Source: Lepidodermella squamata
Taxonomy: Eukaryota; Animalia; Gastrotricha
Direction: 5' to 3'
NCBI GenBank assembly: GCA_047495785.1
Contig: JBLDXI010000048.1
Span: 372,001 to 436,000, forward strand
DNA length: 64,000 bases
A program made the translations under genes and the position numbers. Shown in pieces: positions 41,293-54,742 of the stretch (its first letter is position 1; each line of letters opens with the position of its first letter). The notes under the pieces were generated by a model, which saw nothing but the letters and a program-made list of their open reading frames with translations, did no database searches and had not been told where the DNA came from.

Positions 41293-41340
41293 GTTGCGCT
41301 CATAGAGAGCAGAAGTGCTTCTGTTCTCTATGGTTGCGCT
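41293..41340. mobile_element. P-element-type excision footprint
   Basis: 8-bp direct repeats GTTGCGCT flank a 32-bp near-palindrome CATAGAGAGCAGAAG-TG-CTTCTGTTCTCTATG. Confidence 0.7.
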
Positions 41341-41569
41341 ACTATGGGAAATAGGGAAATATTATGCCACAAGTTATCGAAGTTTTCCCATGTTTTTGCT
41401 GTTTCCCCAATCGGCACGATCGCATGACTAGCCACCATTGACTAGGCCTGATTTTAGACTGACTACTTATGTAACTGTCGCCACATGAGCTTGTTTTGCA
41501 TTGTGAAGAGAGATTTGCAAAATGCAAACATTACAAGTCGGCGAAAATGAAACGAACATGGCTAACAAC

Positions 41570-41640
41570 CAGAATCGTAATCATTAATTAGCACAGAATA
41601 TACGCCTATAAAAGAGATGGTTTCGATTCAAATCAATACC
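41570..41640 (+). promoter_or_regulatory. TATA core promoter of SDR copy 1, conserved in copy 2 at about 48217-48290
   Basis: CAGAATCGTAATC..TAATTAGC..GCCTATAAAAGAGATGGTT is shared by both copies. TATAAAA lies at 41607-41613 and 48253-48259. Confidence 0.75.
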
Positions 41641-41702
41641 AACACTTTTTCGCACAGTTTCGATCTCAATTTAAACATTTATTTCTCTTACTAACGACAG
41701 AA

Positions 41703-42994
41703 ATGGAGGTGAGTATTTTGGTTATAATCAGGCTATTTATCATGTCCGTTTCTCCATCTTCTCCAGACTATCCAGAAAATTCTTCATCCCATGTCGCTGT
41801 TCCAAGGCGAACGAGTGGTTGTGGTCACCGGCGCTGACGAAGGCATCGGCTACGCCGTGGTCAAAAGCCTGTTGAAATCGAATCCCAACTGGACCGTCTA
41901 CTTGACATCTCGCGACGCCGACCGCGGCCAAGCTGCGGTGAGCCGCCTACATGAAGAAATCACGCTGACAGCCAAGTACCACCAGCTTGACATCGAAGAT
42001 CCGGAAAGCATCAGGCGATTCCGTGACCACATCCGCGAGAACCACAAGCACGGCATCCACATTCTGGTGAACAATGCTGGAAATTACCCGAACTTCCTCT
42101 CGCAAGAATCGGAAAGAAGCTCAACTGGAATGTCGAGTGCAACCGAGCATCACGTCGAGCCTGAAGTTCGCGAGGCTGGCTCGGACACAGGCGATCGTCG
42201 TCGCGATGAGGAGAAGAAGGAGCAACGCCAAGAAAAAGAAGAAGTCAAGTTTCGTTTCGACCGCGAGGCCTTCAAGTCTATCATCGAGAACAACTACTTC
42301 AGCACGTTGCGAGTTTGCCGCGAGCTGTTCCCGTTGTTAGGCGACAATTCGTCGGTGATTTTTGTCGGATCTCGACTGGCTAATCTTGCGTTCATGGCGA
42401 CTAAGGAAGACAAGCAACGACTATTACGCGGCTGTACCCGAGTCGAGGACTGCTCGAAGGTATTTTTAATCATCAAAATTCGAAGAAGAAATTGAAACTG
42501 CACCGAGAACATCGCTCATTTTAAAATTTCGTTTCCCTTTTCTTCAAGTTCACTCACCCCACGTTCTGCATATTTTTTAGTTGATGGAAGACCTGATGAA
42601 CTCTGATCCCGAGAAGCTGTACAACCCTGAAGACCCGAACGACAGCCGCGCATGGCTCTCCAAGTCGCCCGATACCGAACTCATCCCCAACTACAAACTA
42701 GGCGCTGTCTATCCGTGGGCAATGGCCAAGCTGGGTCTAGCCATCATCTGCCGTCTCTACCAGCTGCAGTTCGATGCCGAGAAGGTCGATCAGAACGTTC
42801 ATGTCGTCACGTGTTGCCCAGGCCTTGTCAAGACTGACCTGAACCCGATGGGCGTTCGATCGCCCGAGCAAGGGGCCGACACGATTGTCTGGTGCGCCGA
42901 ACAGCCGAAAGACACGCCCATTCGAGGCGTTGTTTGCGGTGATCGCAAAATGCTCGACCCGTTCGTTCTCCCCGAAGGCTCAACAATTTTCTGA
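41703..42994 (+). CDS. Carbonyl reductase-like short-chain dehydrogenase/reductase with an atypical active site
   Basis: Exons 41703-41708 (ATG GAG), 41767-42459, 42581-42994. Motifs TGADEGIG, YHQLDI, ILVNNAG, CCPGLVKTD and SPEQGADT. The YxxxK position reads WAMAK. Confidence 0.85.
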
Positions 42995-43614
42995 AAATCT
43001 CACGATCCATCAATTTTCTTTTCGTGCCAATCAAAGTTTCTGACTTCACACTATCATGCTTTTCATTACAAATTATTGCTGTGGATCAATCTTGAAACAA
43101 ATAAAACTTGTTTGCAACCATGCAGTAACCCATAATTCTTTATCTCATGTTGAGCGTGTTTTGTATATATATATACCGGAATATAAAGGACTCCCTACCA
43201 TTTCTTTTAGAAACCCTCTTTCCAATTCAGGGCCTCTCTTTTATTCAGGGTCTCTTTTGGAACCCATTTTGCATCTCGCAATACTGAGCCAAATCTGAGT
43301 AGGATGAAATTGCAACGAGAGTCATCGGGAGAAAACGATTTTGTCGCCTGTTTACTTCAGGATTTATACGACAAAATCACTGTCGTGACCGAATGTCATT
43401 ATTAATATATTGGCGACGGCTCGCTTGAAACTCACAATAGATGCAACTGCTTAATTACTGTAAAGCCGAAACGCAAGTGGTGACGCAGCGATTCTTGGTA
43501 TGCAATGTTTAGTAAATTACAGAGATTAGCGTTTGTAATAACTTCATCACGCAAAGTGTCATCGGTACAACCAGACAGTCTTTTAGCTATCGATTCGAAG
43601 GCCTAGTATTCAGC

Positions 43615-46600
43615 TTACAGCTTAGCGTAGCATGAACTGGGAGAGTCATAGGTGATGCTGTCGTAGAGCTTTTCGCCTGGAGAAAAGCAGCCAACTGTTG
43701 TGCGACGGCAGTCAACGAAGCCTCCCTTGGAGGCTGTGGCACATCGAACATACTTCTGAAATATAACAGAAAATTGTGAAATTTCGATTGAGGTAACTTA
43801 AAGAGTAAACAACCATGCCGCTTTCATGCTGGCAGGAAAGTAAGTTGCGCCCGAAGTAGCGATACCCGTTGAAGACTTCAGATGGGAGACTCTGTGCAAT
43901 AAAATAAATTCATTAGTCAGTTGCCAAATGCTGCCAGAACTTTTAGGCTACCCAAAATTAGCTAATAATTGCTAATTCTTGCAAGGTTAGGCCTAAGCTT
44001 GTCTGGCTAATTTCTGCATTTAGATAATAAGTAAAGTCATTAATCATTTGGTAATTTACTAACCGGGTCTTCGTTAGGCTTGTTGCACTTCATGTCACCA
44101 GCGATGCAACGGTTGCTGAGTGCACACTTTCGAGCAGTCTGCATCAGAAAGATGAACGATGAACATATTGCTAACAAGTTAATCGCATTGAATACCCCTT
44201 GATTGCAGTCTTTGAAGTTGTCAAGTTTGGCGGAGCCTTTAAACGTGGTTTCATCAGTCGAGCAGTTTTTGGAACAACCTCGGAACCAACCAGTCGAGGT
44301 CTTCACGCAGCGTACCAAAATTGTAACCGGAGCTGGTGGCGTAGGGAAGCCGGCTTTATAAAAATGAGCAATATATTGACTGATAACTGGATACTACATA
44401 CTGAACGTAAAATCTACCCAAGAATTACTAACAGCTCAAACTAAACAGCTTAAAGAAGATGTTCTAACCTACGTATCACATTTCACTCAGTCCCTATAGT
44501 CCGACCTCCGATCTCATTCCTAAGCTAATTAAGCATGAGTTTGGAGTAGACATCTTTTACGATTTTTGTCGCTAATTTTTCACCTAATTGATCGCCGCTA
44601 GTGATTAAAATCTTGTAAAATAACCCGGATTGAATCTAGTGCATAAATCCTAACATATGCACCTTGAGAAATGGATAAATTGAGATTAATTCGGTATAAG
44701 CCCAAATGATGACTACTCGCTGCTCGCGAAAGATCCGCCGAATAGTGTGAAAACTTCTCATCTTAGGAAAGCATTTTGTTCTAGTAAATCGTCAAACATG
44801 CTTTGTTAGCTTAGTCAACTAATCTAACAAAACCCAAACTTCTTGTGACTCAATTCTTAAACCTATTCAATTCAGAGAGAAAACTCACGGATCAGGGAAA
44901 TGTCACAAGACTCCGTAGTATTTGCGGCTACGAAGCAGTAAGGCCCACTCGCTTGCGACGTCGGATTACGACAGTAATTCTGCAAATCCTCCAGCTTTCC
45001 CCTCGGATACGCCAATGGATCGTAGAGATCGACAGCAGCAGGCCACGGTTGACAAGAGGCACCCGATTTCGTGACAGCTTTCGTGCCTTCATAGTCGTAC
45101 CCACTTGGGGTTAGGCGAAACTCCTTATCGTCGACCCCAGCACACTTGCCGTAGATGTAGAGACGGAATCCTTTACCAGGCGTGGGCGAGTTCGATTTGA
45201 AATAAATAACAGCTGTTGTATCGTTTGTATCGTAGATGCGACCGCTGCTGACACCGTAGTTACAGATGCGGAAATAGGGCTGCGTACCATCGACCACAGT
45301 GCGAAATTCAACGTAGTCGTAGCAGAACTCATCACGCGTCGAAAGGCCGCCTGAAAAGAGGTTAGGTAATAACAAAAGAGGAAAGCCTTATGGTCAAATA
45401 TTAGTTACCTCCCACGAATCCATATACAAGATTAGGCTTGCCGTCGAATCCAAAAACAAGACCGGGCTGTATTTTGGTAAACAATGCAGATATTATTATA
45501 AATAACTCAAGATCTCTGAAATATAGATAGACCTATTCATAGCATCCATTATGTCTCGCCCGTCTCAAGTCCTAACTCCGAACCTATCATATGTTTACAC
45601 GTACACAATTATTATAATTGATTTATCCTATATTACCACGTCAAGCTCTTTTCGTCGCAGCTAAAATGACGACTGTTATGACTTCCATCACTCTATAAAT
45701 CTGGAGTTGACGAAAGTAGTAAAAGACGCTTACCTTGGATGAGATGATTCTCCAAGAACAGATACTGCCCTGAGGATAGAAGTTCGGATAGCCGGGCGTT
45801 TCGATGTAGGCAACGTTGCATGACGAAATATTAACAACGCCACCGCATGTTTCCTGGGGCTTGAACGGCGGCAAATCTGCGCACAACGGGCCGCCGAAAC
45901 CAGGGGGGCACAGGCATTGATTGCAAACTCTCGGGTCTTGATAGCCACCACCTTGGCAGCTTGGTACCGGGATACCACCGCAAACTTGTGCTAATAATAA
46001 TGATAGAAATTTAGAGACCAGATTAGATCTAAAGACTTATTTTCACCTGAGCAGTCGTATCTTAGATTCAGCAATTTCAGATCATTGAAGGAGATGAATG
46101 GCGAGTTCATGGCTCCGATAAAGCGCAAATCTTTTGGTACGATAACCCACTGATCCGGGGAAGCCGAAAACGCTGTTGGGTGGTACATTTCAGATGAAGC
46201 GTAGTCGAAAGGCACGCCCATAGCATCGTACTGTTCGTGATTTCTAGTATCCTCTATTATGAATTTGGTACGTCTGATGCTGTTCAAGGAAAGAAATGTT
46301 TAGAGTAAGAATCCTGAATCAAGAGAAAGTCATCCGATTAATACATAAATCACATAAATGACTAAAATACATTTTTTGAAATATAACCAATTTTATTTTC
46401 TTGAGCTGATACTTGGTTCCGTCGTCGAAAATGAATAGGAGCAGTGACAAATTTAGCCACTTCTCACAAACAGCCGGTTACCTGTTGTTGTAGAAGAAAT
46501 CAAGATAGCTCTCCGCGTCTAGTCGCCATACATTAGGTATCTGAAAGAAATCTGAAGGAGGAGAGTTTTTGCATTAATCTCTTTCACTTACAACACTAAG

Positions 46601-47712
46601 ACTAGCCATGAGCGCGCCTGCTACGACCTATAAAGACAACAAATCAAGGCTGAGCTTGAATTCGTTTGGTGAACCTTACAAACTCGTTTGGAGCTGATGC
46701 TTCCTGAGGTTGCATGCCGTCATTTCCAAGGTTACTTCCGTAAGTACTGAAGAAAATCACTGTCATTTGTTTTTGGCATTTCAGATTTAAGATGAAAATT
46801 TACTCAAAGAGCAAAGCTAATCCGGGGTTGGGCTCGACTGATGTTTCAGTAAATGTGAGACATGTCGAACGTTGGATCAGGTTAAAAGCGGCCTTCCAGG
46901 TATTTAGAAGAGCTACGGCTGCAAGGAAATCACAGTTGTCAAGAGAGATCATCGTTTCAAATTTAATACGTAAAGGATTCGAAATATAATGAACCTTATG
47001 TTTTCTGCTTAAATTGACTTGCCTAAAGCTGTTGCTAAATTTACTGAGAAACAGCTATTTTGGTTAAATTTCCATTTTTTGTGAAATCAAAAAACAGCAA
47101 TATTTAATAGCCTAAGAACTCCTGTCGAATTCTGTATTTACCAATTTAAAAAAAAATCACCTAGCTGGGAAAATTGGGAAAACCCTTGAAGTGGCCACAA
47201 TTAGTGCGGGGTGATCTTGAATAATATTGTGAGGTAAAAAATTGCGAAGAAGGCAGCTCCAGCAGACGTCCCACAAAAAAACAGTACGTAAGGTCAACTA
47301 CATAATTGATATAAGCACAGACTTAGAGGGAGGAAGCAGTCAAGAAGAGACTAAATAAAAATATTATTATTACTATTATTATTATTTATTATATTATTAC
47401 GAAAATTTGCCGAATCAACTACAAAGTAGCTGATATTCAACGCCCACAATTTAACGCCATCAGAGGCCTTTGCTTGTAAAACCGGGTCACCAGTATCGCC
47501 AGGCGATTTTTGAATTGTTGGAACTCCGGGAAATGAGTCATTGAACTATACCAAGAGAATAACGTTAATAGCAATAATGCGTTATGGGGATGAGCTATTA
47601 CAACATGAAGCATGTCAGCGTTGGACTCATCTCGATCGATTTGGTCTGCCGGTAACCCTGCGACAACGACAGAAATTATGTGCAAAGCACAGCAAGCAAA
47701 CTTCAAATCCAT
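43615..47712 (-). CDS. Secreted astacin-like/EGF/CUB/kringle protein lacking zinc ligands
   Basis: Exons 47712-47602, 47545-47401, 46918-46804, 46746-46680, 46627-46592, 46540-46482, 46279-46047, 45990-45734, 45466-45409, 45350-44889, 44353-44064, 43891-43814, 43755-43615. Signal peptide, STCLTF, PFDYASSEMY..AFS, CQGGGYQDP..CLCPPGFGGPLC, CUB (ETPGYP..YP..CSW; CYDYVE) and kringle (YEGT..TKSG..CQPW..NYCRNP). The 3' end is uncertain. Confidence 0.7.
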
Positions 47713-48347
47713 AGCGATAAAAAATCAAAATAAGAATCGGGAAAATGGAAAAAATAAAGCGTTTTCCAAGTGTATGATCCACGCGTGGCGCGAATCAACA
47801 GGGCACGCACGCCTTTGAAACAAAAGGTGTTTTTTCCGTTATTGTGAGCGGACGAGCGTCTCGTAAATAATATTGTTGTTATATCCGAATTAGAATTATT
47901 GCGACAATAGCTAAGATGCCAGAGGATTCCAGTCTTTTGGTCCGTGATGGATTCAAGTCGCCGATCCCTGAAAATAAATTGCACGACTATCCGGAACTTG
48001 CGGATCCATCAAGTTGGCTAAGATCACTCCAAAATTCGGAAAAGCCATTTCAGATCGCGGTTGGTGGGAAGAGTAACTTGGTGATTGTTACTTAACAATC
48101 TGTGTACTATGCTAAAAGTGCGCAGCGATCAACTGGAAGGTTGCCTATTCGATATTAGTAAATCCAAATCACAAATAAATGAATTACAAGATCGACTTTC
48201 GAAATTGCTGGAACACAGAATCGTAATCGCTAATTAGCGCTGAATTTCTGCCTATAAAAGAGATGGTTGCGATTCAAATCAGCATCAACACATTTTTCGC
48301 ACAGTTTTGATCTCAATTTCAACTTTCTACTATTTTCATAACGACAA

Positions 48348-49583
48348 ATGGAGGTGGGTATTTCCGTTGTTTTCTATCTCGTTCTGATGTGTTTTCCTGC
48401 CTTCGTCAGACAATCCAGAAAATTCTTCATCCCATGTCGCTGTTCCAAGGCGAACGAGTGGTTGTGGTCACCGGCGCTGACGAAGGCATCGGCTACGCCG
48501 TGGTCAAAAGCCTGCTGAAATCGAATCCCAACTGGACCGTCTACTTGACATCTCGCGACGCCGAAGACATGAAGAAATCACGCTGACAGCCAAGTACCAC
48601 CAGCTTGACATCGAAGATCCCGAAAGCATCTGCCGATTCCGTGACCACATCCGCGCGAACCACAAGCACGGCATCCACATTCTGGTGAACAACGCTGGAA
48701 TGTACCCGAATTTCCTCTCACAAGAATTCGAAAGAAGCTCAACTGGAATTTCGAGTGCAACCGAGCGTCACGTCGAGCCAGAAGTTCGAGAGGCTGGTTC
48801 CGACACTGGCAATCGTCGTCACGATGAGGAGAAGAAGGAGCAACGCCAAGAAAAAGAAGAAGTCAAGTTCCGTTTCGACCGAGAGTCCTTCAAGTCTATC
48901 ATCGAGAACAACTACTTCAGCACGTTGCGAGTTTGCCGCGAGCTGTTCCCGTTGTTAGGCGACAATTCGTCGGTGATTTTCGTCGGGTCTCGCCTGGCGA
49001 ATCTTGCTTTCATGGCTACTAAGGAAGACAAGCAAAGGCTGTTACGGGGCTGTACCCGTGTCGAGGACTGCTCGAAGGTAATTTCGATTTTCGATTATCC
49101 CCATTTTCTTCGGGATTTTTTGCTGCATTGTATAACTAACTCTGCCAACTCTGCTTTTTCTTTCTGTAGTTAATGGAGGACCTGATGAATTCCGATCCTG
49201 AGAAGCTTTACAATCCTGAAGACCCGAACGACAGCCGCGCATGGCTGGCCAAGTCGCCCGATGCCGAACTCATCCCCAACTACAAACTAGGCGCTGTCTA
49301 CCCGTGGGCGATGGCCAAGCTCGGTCTAGCCATCATCTGCCGTCTGTATCAGCTGCAGTTCGATGCCGAGAAGGTCGACCAAAACGTGCACGTTGTCACT
49401 TGCTGCCCGGGCCTTGTCAAGACTGACCTGAATCCGATGGGCGTTCGATCGCCCGAGCAAGGCGCCGACACGATTGTCTGGTGCGCCGAGCAGCCGAAAG
49501 ATACGCCCATTCGAGGCGTCGTGTGCGGCGATCGCAAGATGCTCGATCCGTTCGTTCTCCCCGAAGGTTCAACCATTTTCTAA
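48348..49583 (+). pseudogene. Frameshifted duplicate of the SDR gene
   Basis: Same three-exon structure (48348-48353, 48410-49077, 49170-49583). 28 nt of copy 1 are replaced by AAG at 48564-48566 (net -25), giving TGA at 48584-48586. Confidence 0.8.
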
Positions 49584-50127
49584 AAATATCAAACGCTTCC
49601 TTTTTCTTTACGTGCAAATCACAGTTTCTTATTTCACACAGTCATACTTTTCTTTGCCGATTATTGCACATTGGGGAACAATCTTGAAACGAATAAAATT
49701 TGTTTGCAGCCATATTGTGTGTTGTTCGAATTTCTGTTGCATTGCCGGCGACCAAGGCTGCAGATGTGAAGGGGTAAACAATTTCATTTTGAACTGGACG
49801 TCCGTCTTATATGCCCCCTTATACTAAAATGGTTACATTGCTACATCAGATGCCGCCTTACTTGCGCTCAGCTGTCATTTAATTACCGCATTTACCGGAA
49901 TATATTATTTTCGCACTGTTTCACCTCATTTTCTGGGCGACGGGTACATTTCTTTTAGAGATCCATGATTATTGATTCCAACTAAAATTGCTTGCACCGC
50001 AACATTAAAGACGCACTCGACCAATCGATAACAATGCTTAACATCTTTATTATAAAAGACACGGCTGTAGTATATATCTTCTTGCATTCAATATTCAACC
50101 ACACTTTGATGCTGGGTGACGTTTTTG

Positions 50128-53100
50128 ATGGCTGAAGATTTCGTGCCGGAAACTCGTAAGTTTGACCGCATCACTCAACAACGTTTTAACAATTCGCCTT
50201 AATAAGGAGCGGTATGGGAACTTACCTTAGAAACTGCTCCGGATTCACCACCATGCCAACATCCAGTTGTAGTTGTTCTATGTGGCTACAACGGTGATGA
50301 CGAACCCGGTCAACTTCTTGCAACTCCACTAAGCGGTCAACCACCATTTCAGCCTGGCCAGTCTGATGTATTCAGCATTTACGTAGACCCGAACGCTCTG
50401 GGCGAAATCTTTAAACTTCGCTTTGGTTTCACAGCAGAGGTCGAGGCCGTGCAATGGAAGCTGAAATCCGTTAAATTGACGAATCCTGAGAGTCAAGAGT
50501 CGTTTCTAGGGGAGTGCAATCTGACACTAACGAGATCAGAGTCTGAAGATCCGTGGCAAGAAGCACCGGTTTCAAGACCTGAATTCCAACCTTTCGCGGT
50601 GATTCATTATCAAGTTTACATTCATTCTGCAGCAGATTCTGGGCAAATGGATTGTGGTGTGGATGCTATAATTTATGGGTAAACGTCTCGATTTCCTATC
50701 ATTGCATTCTTGACTTCATATTCTTATCAGCGAATATGGCAATACTGGTCGAAGAAGTCTGAGAAATTCGACAAATCACAGATTTCAACCCGGTCAAGTA
50801 GATGTGTTCACCATACCAGCAGTTCAACTCGGCCAGATTATAAATGTGCGAATTATCAATGATTGCTCAGGGACTCAGCGATCTTGGAAGTTGGACAACG
50901 TTGTCGTTAAGGAATCAGCCGAAGCAGAATTAGGCTGGGATTTTCCGTGTGGCAAATATTTCGACCCGGCTCTGGATGACTGCCAATGTGACCGGTTGCT
51001 ACCCGACAAAGCTTTACCGGAGGCAGAAGCTGCGCTGGAACAGCCGGCCGATGGGACTAACATCGTGACCTACGACATTGAATTACATACAGATAATCGA
51101 GAAGGGCTTTTCGATGAAGATGTCACCATAAATCTAGCAATCAATGGCGTCGATGGCCGAACGACCGGGGAGTGGAATTTCATCAACACCGCAACCAACG
51201 GTCCTTTAACCATTGCTAGAGGCGATGTTTTAAAATTCCAACTCCCAGCACCCGACATTGGGGTGATAGAGGGTGTTTCCTTCGTCCATAACAAGCCCGG
51301 TAAAGAAGCTATGGATTTTGTGAGGAAAATCGTGATAACACCCCAGATTGAGGGGGCTGTGCCTTACAGAGTGACCTATGAAGAGGACCCTTTTGCTTCT
51401 CCTGAGCCTGAAGCAGAGCCGGAACCAGTTCCGACGGTGAAGCCTGTCGAAGTTCTTCAGCCTCAATACGAGCAAGCTGAAATTCCTCAAAATTTCAAAC
51501 AGCCCGACCCTGCGCCATCTACGAGTCAACCGGGCCCTGTGTCATCTCAAGACATTGAGAATCTATGGAAGACATATCAGCAAAACATACCTAGCGATCC
51601 AAATAAGTCAATCTCCATGGGGTTTTTTGTTGTTGACGACAAGGCCTCGGAATTTTCAATCACCTTTGATAGACAGGGTGGCGTGAAACCTCCTATTCAA
51701 GGGTTCACGTACCCTCCACCACCTCCTTTACCCCCTCAGGGGATCCCACCGCCATTTTACCCGTATCCTTACCCCTACCCCTTTCCTCCCCCAACTCAGC
51801 AATACCCTCCTCAACCTCCTCAACAGCAGAAAGAGCAAGAACCTGAGCCGGAACCCCCGAAACCGCCTAAATTCATCTATAACGTCGAATTGCATACCGG
51901 CAACAGGAAAGGCTTGTTTCGTAGCGATGACGTGATAGCGAAAATAGTGCTATGCGGCACAAAGGGAGCTACAGCTCGGCAATCAGTCATTAATGACACT
52001 CATGGCCTCTTACCTGGCGAAGTAATACTAGCTCAAGTCGAGTCGTCGTATGATATCGGCGAGATAACGAGCTGCCAGTTTCTGCATAACAAGCCAGGAG
52101 CCCAAGCTACGGATTTTCTATCAGCAATCATTGTTCGGCCAACACATAGTGACGAAGAGTACGTGTTCGAGTATAACGAGCCGACTCCGACGCCAATTCC
52201 AGAACCAACGCCCGAACCTGAGCCAGAACCCGAGGTGCCAAAAATCGACCCCAGGGAATGGTTCATATCTTGGACTAATTGGGACTCACAGCCTAAAGAT
52301 CAAGTCCAGATTAGTGTAATCATAGTCGGCTCGGATGGGGAGTCTCAGCCATTTTACCTGGACGTAAATTTGGCTCCAGGTGACAGCACTAGGCATCTAC
52401 TGGTTCTGAAAGAAGACATTGGATCGATTAAACGGGTAGATTTTAACATCATTTTCTAACTTCTTATCAATTTCCTTGTTACCCAGCTTAAATTTGGTCA
52501 CGGTCCGAACGTTTCAGGTGACCATCCGTGGCACGTCAAAGAGGTTCGACTCCTTCATCATGCAACCGGGAAGCTTCACACCTTTCAAATGGGACCTCCG
52601 CCAGCACCAAAGCCGAAATCAAAGTACAAAGTCGAGATTTACATGGGCCAGCCTCCGAAACCAATCAATCCCAACATTGAAGTGTATATCAAGTTCAAAA
52701 ACGAGGGCGGGAGTAGCGTTTCCAGCAAATGTTGGCTTGCTCAGTCGACCAATAATTCAATAAGGTTTCGAGCAGGCCAGACCGACACTTTTATTGTGGA
52801 ATGTGAGGAAGATGTTGGCGATGTTGCAAATATCGTTTTTGGAGGTTCGAATGAGGTCGAACTCGCGGTGTTTCGAAATTCTGTTGTTCGAGCGATAGTT
52901 ACTCCACTGCATTGGAAGGAACCGAGAGACTTCGTTTTCAACTTCAGACCCGACCCATTAGCGGCTAAGATTCAGGAACCAGTCTTGCCTCCAGTAAAAA
53001 GTTAGTCGCGAAATATATTTATAGCTTTTGTGATTATTTTTGTCGCAGAATCGTCTTGCCTTATCAAGATTCGAACTGGTAATGTCCCGATCTCTACAAC

Positions 53101-54742
53101 CCAAGCAGCCTTAAGTCTCCAGTTATGCGGAACCTTGAAAACTGGCCAACCAGTAATCCTGAAACAAGCTTCAGGTTTTGTCCCGGATCAAGTTCACCAA
53201 TTCAAAACTGAGATTGAGGATGTTAAAGACGTATTCAAGATTCGAATGGGATTCGAAGATTTCGCTAAAACTCCTACACTATTTGTTGACCAAGTTGGAA
53301 TTGAAATCCTGAATGGGAAAAAGTATCTCTTCGACGTTAACAATTGGATTTGGTAGGTTTCTCTTCTCTTATTACTGCAAAGCTTTACTTCAATTTTTTA
53401 GGGCAAGCCCCAAGCATGATGGTTTCCGAGAATTTCTTCTAACTAACAAAAATCCGCCCCTTGAGATGCCTGTAATCAAGTATCAGATCGCTGTATGGAC
53501 TGGATCTACCGGCCTAGATGAAGCCGAGAGCCCTGTCAACATCTTCATCGAACTCATCGGGCTTATTGGCGATACAGGAAAGCGAAGACTAGCCAATTCA
53601 AAATGCCGAATCAACAAGTTCTACCCAAGCCAGATGGACCTATTCGATTTGGAAGCAATTGATATCGGTGACGTGAAGAAAGCTGTGGTCACTTTGGAGT
53701 CCAAAGACGAAGATGTAAAATGGGCGTTAAACAAAATAATGGTCCAAACTCACCCTGTGATGGGCGATGAGTTTGTCTTCGAATGTGGCGGCAAAATACT
53801 GGACCCAGTCAGCGCTAAATCGATTTCTTTCAACTTAACCACGAAAAATCCTGCACTTAGAAAACCACTCAAGCCGAAAGCAGGGGATTATGTAATGATT
53901 GTCTCGACTGGAATGGACCAATCCATGGCGTGCAATTCCTTGGTATCTCTGACCCTTTTCGGCGAGAAGGGATCAACCCCACTTATGTCGATAGTTGACC
54001 CAGTTGCGGAAATAACGACTAGCAAGAAAAAATTCCAACCGCCACCTCCATTTCGAGCGACAGCAGTCGATACATTCGCGGTCAACTTCCCAGTCGATCA
54101 AATAGGAGGGTCGGTCGTCAAAGCACGCCTCGAGCATAACAACCTAGGAACTCAACGGCATTGGTTCGTTGATAAGTTTACGCTTCAAAGTCTAGCGAAA
54201 CCTCGAGAAAGTACCTTACATTTCGAGGTTGGTCGTTGGTTGTCGGATTCAAAAGAAGACGGCGAGATTGTTCGAGAAGTTTCGGCGAGTTATTTCGGCA
54301 AAATCACTGCTAATTCTCTACAGTACGAAATAAGCTTGTTTCTCGGGCCAAAAACGAGCCGCGACATGCCGCCGCACATGAATGTGTATTGCACGCTATT
54401 TGGCCGGGGTGCGTTCAATTCTGGGAAGCGAGGCCTGAGAAAAACAGTTGGAGGTACCCCATTTTTCGTTCCTGACGCTTGTAGTCGGTTTAGCATTACG
54501 GCTGTTGGTGTTGGCGAGGTGACGCATTTGGTTTTGAGCCACGATGCTGCGGAGATGGATTACTATATCGAGGTTAACGCCGTGACTGTGGCCTGGGAAG
54601 GCGGCCAGATTGGGCGAACTGATTTTGCGGTTAACAAGTGAGTTTTTATCTAAAATGGCTGGCTGCCAATCATTTCTTCTGTGTTTTCAGGCTATTGGTA
54701 AAAACTGACATCAGCAGAGATGCGGAGTTATCAATTCGATGA
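50128..54742 (+). CDS. Multi-PLAT/LH2-domain protein, LOXHD1-like paralog 1
   Basis: TATAAAA at 50051. Exons 50128-50155, 50207-50678, 50731-52435, 52487-53000, 53049-53352, 53402-54637, 54691-54742. Repeated PLAT motifs (G..GDTGKRRL..F...QMDLF.LEAIDIG; FPCGKYF; GRWLS..EDGEIVRE). Confidence 0.8.
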
